The notes beneath the pieces are model-generated. The model had not been told where the DNA came from and made no database searches. It saw only the letters and a list, made by a program, of their open reading frames with translations. Both the position numbers and the translations under genes were made by a program. Shown one piece after another: positions 11,480 to 24,462 of a stretch of 64,000 bases of DNA. The stretch is from positions 1-64,000 of the forward strand of contig CAUYUJ010000021.1 of the NCBI GenBank assembly GCA_963575745.1. Reading direction: 5' to 3'. The first letter of the stretch is position 1; each line of letters starts with the position of its first letter. The stretch is from Prorocentrum cordatum. Lineage: Eukaryota.

Positions 11480-14400
11480 GTGATTGTTGCAATGTACATG
11501 AGCATGCAGGGGTATTTGAGGATGCGTGCTGACATGCAGCTTTTGGCTCATCGCTCGCGCCGCCCGCCAGGCCTCGCCATCATGTGGCGCCTTGCCTGCA
11601 GCCTGGCCCTCCCCTCGCTTGCTGGAGCACACCCGTCTTCAGGCGGTGCGCCCCAGCACGGAGGAGAGGTTTTCCTGCGACACGTTGAACGTGGGACTTT
11701 CTTCCACCTTAACGATGACAGCATCAACAAGTACGATCACTGCACCATTTTGGACCCGATCGTGAACAGCACCGCCGCCGCGGGTCCGTGCGGCAAAGGA
11801 TCGCTGGGCGCCATCGCAAGCGCATCCGCGCCCTCGTCAACTACGACACATGTTTCGCAGTCCACCCCCAGCGTGGCCTCGACCGTTGTGCAGCAGATCC
11901 TTGACGGGGACGTTGATACAGGCCAGGCACGCAGTGGCGGCTTCAGCCCCGCTGTCGTGCCCCGCTATAGCCCCACGGGTTTCACTACCCCCCTGTGTGC
12001 TAGGGGCGAACCCGAGGAGGACCCCGCTTTCTGGCACCTGATGATGATCCGCGCCCGGCTCATACCGTGCGCTGCGGCGTGGGCACCAGGTGAGGACCAC
12101 CAGGACGTGTTCTGGGCATGGCTCGAGGACTGCGTCCCGTACATCCTGGCGACGCTTCATCTGCCACAGTACGACCACCTTTTCCAGGAGGACTCTGAGG
12201 AGACAACCGACGCCCTGCGCCAGCGCACCGCGTTCGACATGTGCGAGGACATCTGGTATAGAGCGGGCCCCGACAGACAGCGCACAAACCGCAACCTCAC
12301 TCGTATCCAGGGCAGCCGCGAGTATTCCACCCGCTACTTTGGCCTCCTTCTGGAATACCAGGGTGCTCGTGCCCAGCTTGTCGGCCCTGAGGCTTTCACG
12401 GCACCTCTGCCGCCATACCTCTCACGGGCCCACGCCTTACTACCAAGAGACCTTCCTCCGCCCGACCAAGACGCCCTGGCGTACCTCGCGGATGCGATCC
12501 TGCACCGCCCGACAGACATGCAGCCGCTTGTCGAGGCGGAGCTCGCCGCGGCGCCGATGGAACCGCTTAACCCACCACCGCCAGCTGGCCTCGCCCAGCA
12601 CGCCACGGGTGATCAGGCCGCAGACGACCCCGTATCATGGCTGCTCCAGCACATCGCGGCCAGCGACATCAGCAACACACCCCTGGACTCGTTCCACGCG
12701 TCGGACGATATCAGCAACATATCCCTGGGCTCGGTCCATGTGGACGATAGCCAGGACGACATGGAAACCCAGGATCGTGACGGCACGACACCACCAGGCG
12801 ACACGGCCCAGCGTGACCGTGACAGCGAACCCCACTTAGGGCACACCCCGTCGCACAGCAGTCCGCCCAACAACTCGGCCCAGGCCGACCCCTGCGCACA
12901 GCTCAACGACGCTGAAGGCGCCACTGCCGCCGACGCGACAAGCCATGCCACTGCATCGCCAGCTCATACCAGCCTGCGCAGTGGCGGCGTCAGCCCCGCT
13001 GCAGCACTGGCTGGACCTGGACATCCCCAGACCGCAGGTGGCAGCACCACGCCCCGCACCCTTGTCTGCCGTGTTAACGTGACCGACTCCAATCCCAGCG
13101 TCATTGACCACTGGCAGGCCGACATCGACAACGACCCCATCGACGACGAGTACCCAGATGCCAGCGGTTCCCACGAGGCCCAGCACAGCGCAGCGGCATC
13201 ACGACACTGTGGCTGCCTCATTTGCCTCTTTGTGGCCACGTACGCCATCGTGATAGCAATGCCGTACAAGGACCAGATCGATGGGCACTTGCCGACACCG
13301 AGCCGAGACCCCAGCTACCGACAACGACGACGACGTGAAGCGGCGGCACCAGGCCCATCTGTGCTTACTACATCCCGACGCACAACGGCATACAACGTCA
13401 CGTCCGCATTATGGGCTACTCTCAAGTGGACCAGCGTCAAACTCAGAGATATCGTCTCGGGCGGAGCCAGCGCAGTCGGGGTCGGCCTCGGGGGTGTCCT
13501 GAAATGGGCCAGCGGCAAACTCGGGGCTATTGCCACTGGCGGAGTGGTGTGCGGTCTTCTACTCGTCGGCGCCAAACTCCTCGCTCAAGGAGCCGTCGGA
13601 CACGTAGGAGCCCGCATCTGTGCGCGGGCCCTGGACTCATCCACGGCCCAGTGGTGCCTCCGCTGTTGCCAACCGAGCAGGAGGCCGCGTGATGAGGCCA
13701 CATACACAATGCCGCGCACGCTTGCCGACGAACACGAGGACCAGCACGTGCACTCACTCCGACATCCGCTGCTACAGGAACACTACGCCGCAGCAGTTGC
13801 CGCCGCAGTCGCCGATGTCACCACCGCCACCACCGCCGCCATCGTCGAAGTCACTGCCGCCGTATCGCGAGCCTCGTCTGCCACACCACGATCGACCAGC
13901 CCGTCTCCGCGAGACGGCTCCAAGAGCGGCGCGGCCTACGGTAACCTACCGACTAATGAAGATGCCACAGCACACGGCAGCGACACCGAGGCAAGGGAAA
14001 CACGTGAGTACACCCACGTTAGCCCGTGGTCCATCTTCCGACATGCTGATGCTCGTGGTTCCTCTCCCGACACGGACACCCAACCACCACGACGGCGAGC
14101 ACGCTATGCATCACCCGCTCAGGCCCTGGTATGCCCTACACAACCCCCAAGCCACCGACGCGCAACTTACGCAACACTATCCAGCGCGACCCAGCGGTCC
14201 CCGTGCCGCCGACGAGCATCCTCAACGCCCTGTACCAAAACGGCTTTGCGCTTGGTAACAGTGGCGTGTCTACAGAGGACATCAAAGACGCTCTGCGACT
14301 CCACGACCATCCTCGATTCACCCATGATCTAACACTCCAAGCGCTGGGGCCGTGGACTGACATCATGCAGAGGCCCCCGAACCGCCTCACTTGGGTGCTG

Positions 14401-17400
14401 GAAGACTCGGGCGGGAACTCAGGCGAGACGATTTTCCCCTACCTCACGTGGGACCTCCGCCAACCCACCACCGACGCGCCCACTGTCTTCTGGCATGGGA
14501 CCCGCGGCGACCTTGCGGCCCGTCTCGCTGCCAGCGGAGGGCACCTCTTGCCAGGCCCCCGCCGTGAAGCGAAGGGTCGAACTGGCACCAACGTTGGCCG
14601 CACGTACGTGAGCGTGCACCCTTCGCTGGCCGCGTGGTACGCAATGCCGCCCCACCCGCCCTACAGCCTCGAAGACGACACCCTCGCGTGGGGACCCATC
14701 GCGCTCTGGATGTGCGAGGCCACCCAACCACCGCGCGGTGAGAACAGGCGCAACTTCGTGAAAGGGGAGGCCCACGGAGCGCGTCTCATTTACCCTCGGG
14801 TCCTGAGCCTCCTCATCCGCATGGACTGGTGCGCCCCCACAGAAGCTGCCTCCAGGTGCCGTGCCCTACCACATGCCTATGGCATGGGCGACTGTGCGCA
14901 CGCCCTCCACATCGCTGGCTACGATCATCCAGATCTCCGTGAGGCGGCTGAAGCTCACGACCAGGAAGCTAGCACCAGGCGCAGGCTAGACATCGCGGCA
15001 GCGTGGCCACCGCCGCAGGCACTATACTCGCCAGAGGCAGCGCGAGTATGGGCCAAACAGCACTACGACACTGAAGCAGCCACCAGGGACGACCCTAACC
15101 AGCCCCGCCCACGCGTCTCGCTTCGCAAGCTCCAGCTGGACCCGAAACCACTCATCGACCTGGTGTACACTGGCTTGCAAGCCGTCCCCGTGCGGGGGCA
15201 TCCCGACGCACGCGAGTCGCGCCCCAGCGGCTCCAGCCCTGGGGCCGCGTCTGGCCCACCGCGCACTTACCAGTCAGGTGCAGCCCTGGCGCACAGTCCA
15301 GACCGCTCATCGACGACATCAGGAGCCGACGACCGCCGTACGCCTTCCCTCATCAGCGCGGCCGCCGCCCTCGCCCGAGGCCACGCCCGCCCACGGCGAT
15401 CCGCCTCCCGTTCGTCACGGCAGAGTGGCGGAAACTCCACCTCGGACAACAGCGACATCGAGACGTGGGAGCACATCGAGACGGAAGAGGAGCCTACTGC
15501 CTACCACGTCCTCGCCTACCACGTCCGCGATGTGCGGGCCCGTGTCAATGCCCCTGGCATCGAGGTCTGGCTTGACCCTGGTGATCACCACGACGGCGCC
15601 TACTTACCGTGGGGGACGACCGTCATGGGCCATCGCGTCATCGACCCTGCGGTGGCGGGGCGTGACGGCTGGGTCATCCTCCACCACGACCACGGCGACA
15701 CCACTACCAAGCTCTGGGTACCGACTCAAGTCCACGTCAAAGCGGACGACACCTGGCGCACGGTCATGGTACCAGCGGACATGGGGCCCCAGTGGATCGA
15801 GCGCCATGCCGAGGACGCTCGCCTCCCCGCCGAGGTTGTCCGCACTACAGGCCAATCCTGGTTTGCCGACGTCTGGCCCTTGTGGGATCGCCCCCGACCT
15901 CACCCAGACGACCCAGGCACAAACGAGCATGCGCTCCCGCCCCTACCAGGACGCTGGTCCTGCCTACAGTGCCGATTCCAATGCTGTCAGTACTGTGCGG
16001 CTCGCCGCAACACGCAGCTCGGCACCTCGGGCCAACCAACGTGCCCAGACTGTGCCCGCAGCGGACTGCGTGCACTTATGGACTGGTCCACGGACTACTC
16101 TTGCAACAGTTGGACGTGTGCATACAGCACCGACAACAGGGACTCCGACACATGCTGCCTGTCCAGCAGGTGCCCCCATCCGCCCAGTCCACACAGCCTG
16201 CTCGACGTCCGTGCCACAGGGATGCCGCCGCACATCCTTGCCCGCCAATACGGCAACGCGCCAGCCCACCACGACCTCAAGGAACCCCCCCGAGCGCCTT
16301 CAGGCCCCGGGGGGGAGCCTCCACAACCAGGCCAAGCAGGTTACCAGGGTCAATGGTACTTTCCTCCGAGGCCGCGGCGCATCCCCAGACAGGGACTGCC
16401 TGACGGCACGAGGCGGCCACCTGGGTTCACAGGAACGGGGATGCCCGAAGAACCGTCCCCCGACCAACCTCTCTGGAGGGAAGGCTACGTGCTCTTCGGC
16501 CCCCACCAGGCCCTCAAGGAGGAATTCACCTTCAACAAGACGGTCCGCCGACCCTACTCCCTAGCCATCACCAACATGTACAGGGACCGTGTCACGGTCA
16601 GGACCGTCTGCGAGTCGATCGCCGAGCGCATCCACACTACCCGCACCCGCTGGCGAGATGTGGTACTGTACTGGGACGCCGAGGGTGGTCCTGGGCCTCA
16701 AGCTCTCGACTATGACATGCGACTCTGCGACGCCATGGTGAGCCGTGCCACGACCGAAGCCGAGCTAAACCACGACCGCAGCAACCGTGGTAGTTTCTGT
16801 CTCTATGGACCAGCGCACCAGCGAGCTGTAAACATCACGGCGATCTCCGAGCCGCAGAACATCGACTACACGGAGCATGTGCGGCGATACTCACCCGTAG
16901 GGGAGACCTACCCAGACCACGCCTTCGAGCACGTCTATCGGGGCTGGCAGCGGCCCGACGTGCCCACCATCCTCCCCGACACCCGCCCCCTCTCGAGAGC
17001 CGACCAGCAGCGATATCAACAGCACCAGCAGCGCATTCAGCAGCGCGACCAACGCGACGCAGGACAGCCGAGCACGCCACGCTACCGCTCCCCCGCGCGC
17101 GCCCCGACTGGCGGCAGCACGGCCTACGGCGGGGCTGCCGCCTATCACCGTGGCCCCATTGGCGCCAGGCCCGCGGCGGCTGGAGCAGCCGCCTCCAGTT
17201 ACGGCCATGCCCCTCACGCCAGGGTGCACCCAGCGGTCATCGGCTACCCGCGTGCACTCGTGCAGGCCCCCCCACGGGCCACTTCGCCCGTGCCAGGGTC
17301 CACGCGCGCCTGGGGCCATTACCCAGGCCGCCATGACGGCACCCCCAGCAACCAGCCCGCAGTGGTAACCCCTGCGGCTTCAGCCCAGGGGGCTGCAACA

Positions 17401-20400
17401 AACCGTGGCAGGACAGGGCGCCCTGAAGGATGGCGTGATGCGAACGTGCGTGCTTGGCAACCGCGCCAGCACACGCCCCCGCCAAACGTGGCTGCAGCGC
17501 TGCGCCCTGCCCAGGCAAAACCTGCCCCACCTGAGCGGGAGAGGCAGCCGCTCGTCCCGCTCGTCCTCACGTACACCCAGGCGCATCACAGCGCCTCCCC
17601 GCGGCACAGCGAGGGAAGCGCCCATCACGTCAGCCCCCGCCCCGACGCTGTCGACCCTGACCAGGCCACAGCCACGGCGGAGGGCGGCACAAGCGGCTCC
17701 CGCCAGCCCAGCCCATCACCCTGCGCGGCGCCGATCCGATCCCCGAGCAGGGCGGATTCCGAGCGCGCTAATGCCCAGGCGACCTCGCCACGCGACCGCC
17801 ACACGGGCGGGCGCGTCCCGCGCAGCAGGTCCTGCAGCCGCCACAGCTCACGCAAGGCCCCAGGGAGCTCCACGAGCTCGCCGCCTCGCGAGACTCAGGC
17901 TGATGGCCGAGCCCCCGAAGTGGTGCCACGCTTCGGTGCCAGCGCCATCGAACCTGGCCAGGTCGACCTCGAGCCGACGCCGTCCACGGACCACGAGCTG
18001 CCGCTGCCCACCCGCGTGGTCGTCCCCATCGACGAGGCGCCGACCTTCGACCCGTTCAAGAACAAGTACCGCGTCAAGGACCTTGCGGCGGGTTTCGGCG
18101 GCGGCTCACCGCTCTCACCTCAGAGTCGGGGCGGAGCCCCCGCCACCTCAGCCGCTGCCGCGGCAGCGGTGGCCCCGCGTGGAGTCAGCCCTGTCCGCAA
18201 CGCGGGCCTCACGGCAGCGGGCATGGACGAGGCCCAGCGCCAGGCCACCGACCGCGCTGCTCGAGCTGTTCCACCAGATGCTGCTCATCACGGTACTGAC
18301 GGGGCGGGCGCGCCGCCGCAGGACGGACCAGCGGTGTCGCGTGCGCAGTATATGCGCGTGCGTTGCGCCGCTGCCGCGCCGAGCCGCCGCCGCTGGTTCG
18401 CTTTTGCTTTTGTGTTCGGCAGGACGGATCGAGGAGTCGCCTCCCTCTCCCTCTGCTGCCGTCTCACCTCTCCTCCCCTCGTCCCCTATGGTACAGGAGT
18501 GAGGAGGATTTTTCGAGGCAGTTTTACTGATGTTTATGAACCCCCCCTGGCGCAGTGCCGACCATGTCTCGCATATACTTCTGGCCTGACGGCGGCTTCA
18601 GCCCCGGTCAAGCCAATCCACAGGAACGCCATGAGCTCCTACTGTGGCCAAGCCTTCTACCTGGGTGAGGGTCAGGCTGACCTCCACCGTGCGGGGCGTG
18701 CCAACCCCAGCTCCACCGATGGAGACGGACCAGGTCGCTCCATACACCTCGTCAGCCTAAACATCACCAGTCTCTCAGCGAACTGGCCAACCATCACCGC
18801 TCTTGGTGTCGACCACAACGCCGCAGTCATAGCACTGCAGGAGACCCGACATGCCAAGCCGACCAGACAAGCCATCGCTACCAGCGCCGCCAATCCACAC
18901 CACGGGGGATACCACGCCAGTCTGGGACCTGACCTGGATCTGGCGCGAGCCCAGCGCAGAGCTGCCCACGGCGGCACAGACCACACCGTCGTGGGCAACA
19001 CTGGCGCCTCGGGAGGGGTCGCCATCCTCTCTAAGGATGCCATTGTCGACTCCACTGTCGACGACACTGCGCCCTGTATCGTCACCCTCAAGGCCAAGAA
19101 AAGATGGCACGAGGCCTTCCTCCCGCTCTGCACTCAGCACCGCCGCAGGCGGCGACGAAACAACCACGGGCCCGCTGGGATCTACATAGCGAGCCTCTAC
19201 GGGGTAGCTGGAGGAGACAGCACAGACCTGTTTCGGCTCGCTGACTGCGCCGCCGCAAGGGTCGGCTCAGCCCCGTATTTCATCTGCATGGACGCCAACA
19301 CGAACATCGACGACAATCCACACCTGCTGCACATGATGCAGCACGGATGGTTTAACGTCGCTGAGGGCACACCAGACCACACCATGCACACATACGGCAA
19401 TATCCCTGACTGGGACCGCGTCACCAAGTGCCCCCGCACTTCGCGCATCGATTATATCATTGCCAACCAAGCGGCGCGATCCCTTGTCACCGACTTCTGC
19501 TATCTGCGCGACTTGCCAGCGAAGTCCCATGTTGGCCTGCAGGTCACGCTCGACCTCAGTCGCCTCGACCATACGGCCCGACGCCTTCTTGCCCCCACGC
19601 CCTACCCCCCTAACGATGGAGCTCACGAGGGCCACGAACTGCAGGCATTAGGGACCCTCATCGCAGGGCGATACCAGGACCGCATGGAGCAGGCCGACAC
19701 ACGCGACGATGTGGAACGCATGTTCGCCCTGGCTAACGAGGCCAGCCATGAGTACCATCTCACCCGTCTGCGCGACCTGCCACCTCCACCGCCAGACCAC
19801 CCAAAAAAGAAGCCCCCCACCATGCACGGGCTCACGCCCACGTTCGAGGAGCGACCCGTTGTCCCCCGCGCCTTTCCCACCTACGGAGCTTCCACGATAC
19901 ACATGAACCGCCTGCGCAAGCTCCATCGGCAACTTTGTGAGCTTCGCTTCATCGGACAGCACCATCATTTAGACTGCCGTGCCATCCCGCCGTACCTGGC
20001 GCAGCGCATCGACTGCACGTGGACCGCGGCCCGCCTCCTCTGTCACAAGCTGCGCCCCACGGTCCTCCTGGCCTTTCCCGAGGCCTGGACCCCTGACGAG
20101 CCAGCACCTCACGGAGAGCATCTTGACTGTCTGATCCAAAACCTCGACTCAGAGCTGGCGCGACGTGCAAACCGTGCCAAAGCTGAACGCATCAAGATAT
20201 GGGCTGAGGGCGTCCGCGAGCCAAGCGGGCGAGAGGCGGCCATATACGCACGGGCTGCTGACAACTCGCCCACGGCGTATCTCCGCACGCCTACCACTCC
20301 CGACGATACACAACTCCACTGCGACACCAACGCCTTCAAACCTGACAAAGCTAGCACGGACGATAGTGACGCCGACACCGAAGCTGGCGGCTTCAGCCCC

Positions 20401-23400
20401 AGCGACGGTAGTTCGCCCGACACGGACAACGACGAAGACCACACTTGTGAACCACCACCTGCACAGGTCCCCGACATTCTCCCTGCCAACGCCATTGTTG
20501 CTAATACCAAAGACATGCTTAAGCTCATGGTCGACACCTGGGAGCCCATCTTGGGCAGGTACCGCGCCCGTGCAGGACATGACGCCGAAGCCATGCCGAC
20601 GTGGGCTGACTTCTACGACGAGTACCGACAAGAGCTGCCTACGCCATCACCAGCTACCCCTTTCCACCTCACCGACGACCAACTCATCCACTTTATTCGC
20701 ACCCGTTCACCGCGCCGTGCGGGGGGACTGGACGGCTGGACTACTAAGGAGGCTAAGGAGTTACCCGACGACATCCTTCGCCTCTTCGCCAGCGTCTTAC
20801 GCGCTATGCAACGCACTGGCACCATCCCAGAACCCCTCCTTCACGTGCCAAACCCGTGCCTCCGAAAAGGCCGAGGCGAACTCCCAACGGACCAACGACT
20901 TCTCTCGGTGCTTTCCGTTTGGATGTATGCGTGGGAAGCGCCAGCTTACCGCAGCCTCACGGACTGGCGGAAAGGATGGACCCACGCCACGAGCTTTGGC
21001 GCTGTTCCCAAAGCTACCATTGGGGACGTCAGCACCTCTCTCGCCCTGCGCATCGAGCACGCCAGGGCTTTACTCCTGCCCTTAGCTGGGGCTGCCCTTG
21101 ACCGACAGAAGTGTTTCGACTACCTCATCACGGACATCTGCCTTAACCTTGCGCTTCACGCGGGGTGCCCCCAAGACATCGTTACTGTCCGCAGAAACTT
21201 CTACAGTCGCCACAAACGCTACATCCGCATGAACGGAGCGTACTCTAAGGACTTGGCCAGGACCAACGGTCACCTCCAGGGAAGCTCATGGTCCCTGGAC
21301 GACATCAAGCTGCTCATGTGTGTGTGGACAAAGAGACAGCATCGATACGTTCCTCGATCACTCAGCACTACCTTTGTTGACGACAGCAACTCCACTACCC
21401 ACACCGCGTCTGAGTTGCAGAAATCTCTTGACGAAACCGCCAAGTTTGATCGATTCTCAGGTCAACGCATTCACCCTGGCAAAGTGGCGGGGTGGGCGCT
21501 CACCGACGAGCTTCACGCCGCCGTTACCCAGCTCACTCTGGCGGAACGGCCCTTACGCGTGGTCGACTCCTTCAAGCTCGTCGGGAGTTACATCAACGCC
21601 GAGGCAGCGCCGGCTCCAGCCGCGCTTAACCTCACGGCCACCGCTGACGCCCGTGTACGGAGGGCGACTAGTCGCCTGCCGCGCATTGGCAAGCTCCCAT
21701 CGCCGATGCTTATTAAGGCGCGGCACGCCCGTTCCCTTGCTGCCAGCGTCTGTACCACGGGCACCGACATTCAAGCCCCATCAGGCCCCGCCAAAACTGC
21801 CTACAACCACGCCCTCAAGGCGGCTATCCGCCCCAAGGGGAACAAGTGGGTCGAGTTTTGGACTCTCATGGCCGTGTGCGTCCCAGGACACGCCCTGGAG
21901 ATTGACGCCATCACGCAGCGTGAAGCTTTCCTGTGCCTGCGGCGACAGGTTAACCGCGACGTTACACTCTGCGGTCTCGTCAGGGATCTCCAACACCACG
22001 TCCAGACCCTGTTTGGTGGAGGACCTGTCGGACGACTCGTCCAGTCGCTCCAGCAGCTCCGTTGGACCTGGCCCACATTTGGCATCATGTACGACGACTG
22101 GGGCTGCCAGATCAGCTGGCTGAACTTACCCCAAAACGCCTTCCTTCACATGCTGCGGGCCTCACAACGCAGAGCCTTTCTGAGGAGGATCAAGCCACGG
22201 CGTCACGACCTTGGATACCTTGCCTCTGTCAGACAGGGCCTCGACCTCTTCGCCAGCACGTGGCTCGCCCGAACGAAAGGAGCAGCCAAATGCACTGCCT
22301 GGCAGCTGGCGCTCCTCCTGAACTACCTGTCGGGCGGGGACCACACCCAACAGCGACGATCCCGATCAAACACGTCAGCCGACCCCAGCCCCATCTGCCG
22401 ATACTGCGACGAGGAAGAGGAAACTCAGGAGCACACTGTCCGCGACTGCAAGTGCTGGGCCCGAGAAAGACTCCCTCTCACCACCCTCATCAGTGACGAG
22501 CAGTGGGCCCGTCTCCCGCCGCACACAAGACACTGCGGACTCTTCGATGAAGACCCAGCCCTCCTCGACCTGCAGGCCGACCTCGCGAGGGACCCGCTAC
22601 CTCAGCCCATACCGCGGCCCCCCCCTGAGGGAGATCCTGCGGCTTCAGCCCAGGACTCCTACACCACCTACCTTGACCACGACACTGGTTGGACATGGGT
22701 CTACGCTGCCACGGACGGTGCATGCACCAACCAAGCCATCCCATTGCTAGCACGAGCGGGCTACGGCGTCTACTACGGCATCGACCACCGCATGAACTAC
22801 AGTGCACGCGTTCACGGCATTACGCAGAACGCCAGCTTGCGGAGACCCTCGCCATTGTCCATCTCACGGCATGTGCTGAACGGCCCGTGCACGTTTTCGT
22901 GGACAACCAGGCGGTGGTCGATGGGGTTCCAAAGCATCATCGACGGACACTCAGCACCGCAGGGCACGCACGTGGAGCTCTGGGAAAAGATCCACCGATG
23001 CGTTATGGCCAAGCCCAACATGTTCCGCGTCGAGAAAATCGCAAGCCACCTGGGAGACATGGGCATCGACCTCGGGCTCATCGGGCCCATTGCGGAGGAG
23101 TTCAATCGTCAGGCTGACGCCCTCGCCACAATGGCGGCACGCACTCACAACCTTCCAGACGACATTGTCGAAGCTGCCAAAACACGACATCGCCAAGCGA
23201 CCGTGCTTCATGGGGTCGCTGTCGCCATCTACGAGCGTAGACACCGCACACTCCCGCTCCCACACCGCAGGGCTGGGTTTACAGCTGCGGAACTCAACAA
23301 AATGGAACCAAACCCCCTGCTGTCGGACCAGGCACCACCCGCGGCTGGACCAGACATCCCACAGAACCCGGACGAGCTCTGGGCCGAGGCCCAACGGGCG

Positions 23401-24462
23401 ATATTCGACGAACAGGAGGACGACCCTTTCGGCTTCGGCGGGGGACTTGACTTCCTAGGCGACGGGCCAGCCAGCGCCAACCTTGCCCCGTCGGGCATCC
23501 GCACGACGCCCTCGACTCCGCCACCGAGAGCGGCACCGCACCCACATGACGACGCCGCTCACCTCCAAGACGCTGACGAACAGGAGGACGACCCGTTCAG
23601 CTTCGGTGGGGGATCGGACGCCTTGGACGACGGCCCAGTCAGCGACAACCCTGCCCCGTCGGGCAACCTCTCGACGCCTACCGCGACTCCGTCTCCGAGA
23701 GCGACATCGCCCCCATATGATGATATCGGTCACCGCCAAGACGCCGACGACGACCTGGGTGACCCCCGCGGACTGAGTGGCATAGACGACGCACCGCCGA
23801 CACCCCACGCTGCCGACCATGCCGCCCTACCGAGACGCCACCCTACTACGCGGCTGACCTCAGAGCCCTCGCACGGCACCATGATTGGTCCCACCGCGCA
23901 AACCACTCCGCCCCCCCACCAGCGGCAGGCCGCGGGGGCGGCTTCAGCCCCCCCGCAGGGCACTGAACCAGACAGGCCCTCGCACCCCGTCCACGCTTCC
24001 ACCGTTGCTGAGCGAGAGGATGCGGCTCTTCCGACCTCTCGGGGCGTGGCCCTAGCGGCTCCAGCCCTGGGGCCGCGTGTTCCCCTCCAGTCACCTTTCA
24101 AGGGTGACGGACGACAGCATACAGGGTGCCGTACTACGCTAGTCCACCATCTGGACAGGCGTACCGAGGACCTCGCCCCTGTCACGAGGCCCGCGGCCGC
24201 TGGCACTGAGCAGCCACCCCTCACCGACCGCGAAACCGAGCTGTCCCAGGCTATGGCCGCTCTCCAGCAGAGGTGTGTTGCTCTCGCCGCGGACCTCGCC
24301 GCCGCCCAAGCTCGCCAAGGCCCTCTACTCCAGCGCCTCCACAGCGCCGGGCGAGCCTTCGCCGAGCTGCTCACGCCCTCGCCCGATGGTGCCGTGCCGT
24401 CACTCACCATCCAAGCTATGCTGTCATCGTTCCGCGGCGCTCCACCTGGTGCCCCGCGCTAA
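11480..24462 (+). CDS. LINE ORF2 polyprotein, copy 1 (split by a 16-bp deletion at ~14118; compensating -1/+1 indels at ~22832/22923)
   Basis: APE: VSLNITSL, ALQETRH, ICMDAN, SRIDYII, KSH (~18750-19550). RT: LDRQKCFD, GHLQGSSWS, FVDD (~20700-21600). Zn finger CRYC-X8-H-X4-C (22396-22449). RNase H: ATDGAC..NRQADALA (~22700-23130). Copy 2 reads through the 14118 break in one frame. Confidence 0.9.
23404..23745 (+). repeat. Internal ~171-bp tandem duplication in the ORF2 C-terminus (DEQEDDPFxFGGG)
   Basis: GACGAACAGGAGGACGACCC at ~23407 and ~23575; also present in copy 2. Confidence 0.85.

Noticed and set aside
18685..18735. RAGRANPSS before APE as a 2A-like ribosome-skip peptide
   Set aside because: The position fits, but the required ExNPGP is absent.
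19255..19280. GGC-tca-GCC as the missing hairpin in the 1.8-kb gap
   Set aside because: It has a triloop and no convincing lower stem.
22830..22925. Programmed double frameshift in RNase H of copy 1
   Set aside because: Both indels are in homopolymer runs and absent from copy 2; mutation or sequencing error is simpler.
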